From a phage, in the NCBI GenBank assembly GCA_012178725.1, contig GCA_012178725.1_3030.1: DNA of 64,000 nt; one strand, given 5' to 3'. Positions 62,889 to 64,000 of the stretch are shown piece after piece. Numbering within the stretch: position 1 is the first letter of the stretch; each line of letters starts with the position of its first letter. The notes below the pieces were generated by a model, which was not told the DNA's origin, made no database searches, and was given only the letters and a program-made list of their open reading frames with translations. The position numbers and the translations under genes were made by a program.

Positions 62889-63508
62889 TCAACTACCTCA
62901 ATATCATAAACTTTAAATGTTCCAAATGAATCGTGTAATTTTTCTTTTGAAATAGAAGTTATTCTATACTTTCCAATTGGAATCATCCATTCTTGTTCAC
63001 GCACAATCATCATTAAGTTATCAGTACGCTCTGAATCTAATCCATCAGTATCTTCATACGTGTACTTAAACTCAGTATTAGGAGAAGAAAGTATAATATC
63101 GCTGATATGGTCAGAATAATTAAAAGCTTTATTAGTTTTTAAGCGAAGTATTATTTTAGTAAAATATTCAGCATAAGAAAAAGAACATGCTGTGAGCAAA
63201 CTAGTAGTAAATGAATCTACTCTATTCGTTGAAAACACTTCTCCAACTTGTAAATCTTTAATAAGTTCTTCTGTTGATTTTGATATACCACGATATAGCT
63301 GATAAGGAGATTTAGTTAAATGCTTTTTAATGATTTTATTCAACTGCCTATGAAGAGCTTCATTCTTTTTGGCTTCCATACATTGCCAAAGAATTGACTG
63401 TTCAAAGTCAGTAAATTTTTCACAGACCTTTTTATACATATCATATTGAAAATCAACGCTTTCAGCTTTTATAGATAACTGTTCAACATCTGCAAGATTA
63501 ATAATCAT
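62885..63508 (-). CDS. modB: ModB ADP-ribosyltransferase
   Basis: 207 aa; R-S-E motifs (LYRGI, FTTSL, EQEWMIP); overlaps modA start by 4 nt. Confidence 0.85.
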   Translation of the reverse strand: MIINLADVEQLSIKAESVDFQYDMYKKVCEKFTDFEQSILWQCMEAKKNEALHRQLNKIIKKHLTKSPYQLYRGISKSTEELIKDLQVGEVFSTNRVDSFTTSLLTACSFSYAEYFTKIILRLKTNKAFNYSDHISDIILSSPNTEFKYTYEDTDGLDSERTDNLMMIVREQEWMIPIGKYRITSISKEKLHDSFGTFKVYDIEVVE

Positions 63509-63575
63509 GATAGCCTCCGTATACTTCAGAAGCTATCATATCATTGTTAGAAAGGAAAGTAAACAACTTTTTGAA

Positions 63576-63758
63576 TTATTTTGCCCAGGGAGCCCAAGGC
63601 GGAGGGTCAAGATGGTATGAAGCTAGTTCTTCTAGAAGAGCATCTGGGGCTTCAATTCCATAATTCTGTAATACTATACGGTACTCTTTCTTATAATCAC
63701 TAGAATCATTCTGGATATTCGTAGAATGATTATCTTCTAACATCTCAAATAAATCCAT
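63576..63758 (-). CDS. hypothetical small protein
   Basis: 60 aa ORF. Confidence 0.4.
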   Translation of the reverse strand: MDLFEMLEDNHSTNIQNDSSDYKKEYRIVLQNYGIEAPDALLEELASYHLDPPPWAPWAK

Positions 63759-63766
63759 ATTAATTC

Positions 63767-63961
63767 CTAGCGATAAAAACCAAAGTGACGATTAGCTTCA
63801 ACAATCTTTCTTTCTTCTTCAGACATTCTCCAGCGTAGTCCAACATCAAAATGAGCCCAGACCATCCTAACAAATGCATTTATATCTTTAATATCTTCAA
63901 TAATGAATGTTTTACTTTTAAAAGGTTGACTCGCTAATTTAACTTTATCGTCTTCAAACAT
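63767..63961 (-). CDS. hypothetical small protein
   Basis: 64 aa ORF. Confidence 0.4.
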   Translation of the reverse strand: MFEDDKVKLASQPFKSKTFIIEDIKDINAFVRMVWAHFDVGLRWRMSEEERKIVEANRHFGFYR

Positions 63962-64000
63962 GTCAAAAAGACCATATTCATGAGCTCTTTTATAGCCTTT

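Overview
This window reads as one contiguous stretch of a T-even (T4-like, Tequatrovirus-type) myovirus genome; I see no host DNA, integrase, tRNA, CRISPR array or transposon. All calls rest on reading the ORF translations, catalytic motifs, gene order and promoter/hairpin patterns by eye; no database search or alignment was run, so gene names reflect recognition from memory and synteny. The plus strand carries the late structural genes: the 3' end of baseplate gene 29, then 48 and 54 (1-3058), the long tail fibre operon 34-35-36-37-38 (32002-41805) and holin t. The minus strand carries early/middle genes in T4 order: alt (two tandem paralogs), DNA ligase 30, a block of small 30.x ORFs, rIII, 31, cd, pseT, a spanin pair, alc, rnlA, denA, nrdB, nrdA, td, frd, 32, 59, 33, dsbA, rnh, then asiA, arn, motA, 52, ac, stp, ndd, denB, rIIB, rIIA, 39, a goF/cef/motB-like block, dexA, dda, an srd-like ORF, modA and modB. 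The architecture looks closer to T2/T6-type phages than to the T4 reference: td and nrdB are uninterrupted, gene 39 is one ORF including the Toprim part (no gene 60 split), and gene 38 is a glycine-rich adhesin following a gene 37 that ends in an intramolecular-chaperone-like domain. Many sigma70-like early promoters (GTTTAC -35, TGnTAYTAT-type -10), TATAAATA late promoters and UUCG/GNRA-loop hairpins are visible. I did not find a clearly novel multi-gene system. The most interesting items are the tandem Alt-type ADP-ribosyltransferases, a NADAR-domain protein beside a HAD-like hydrolase, a small ORF inserted at the frd-td junction, an FmdB-type zinc-ribbon micro-ORF, tiny hydrophobic peptide ORFs between denB and ndd, and a 200 bp apparently noncoding GC-richer island next to rIII.
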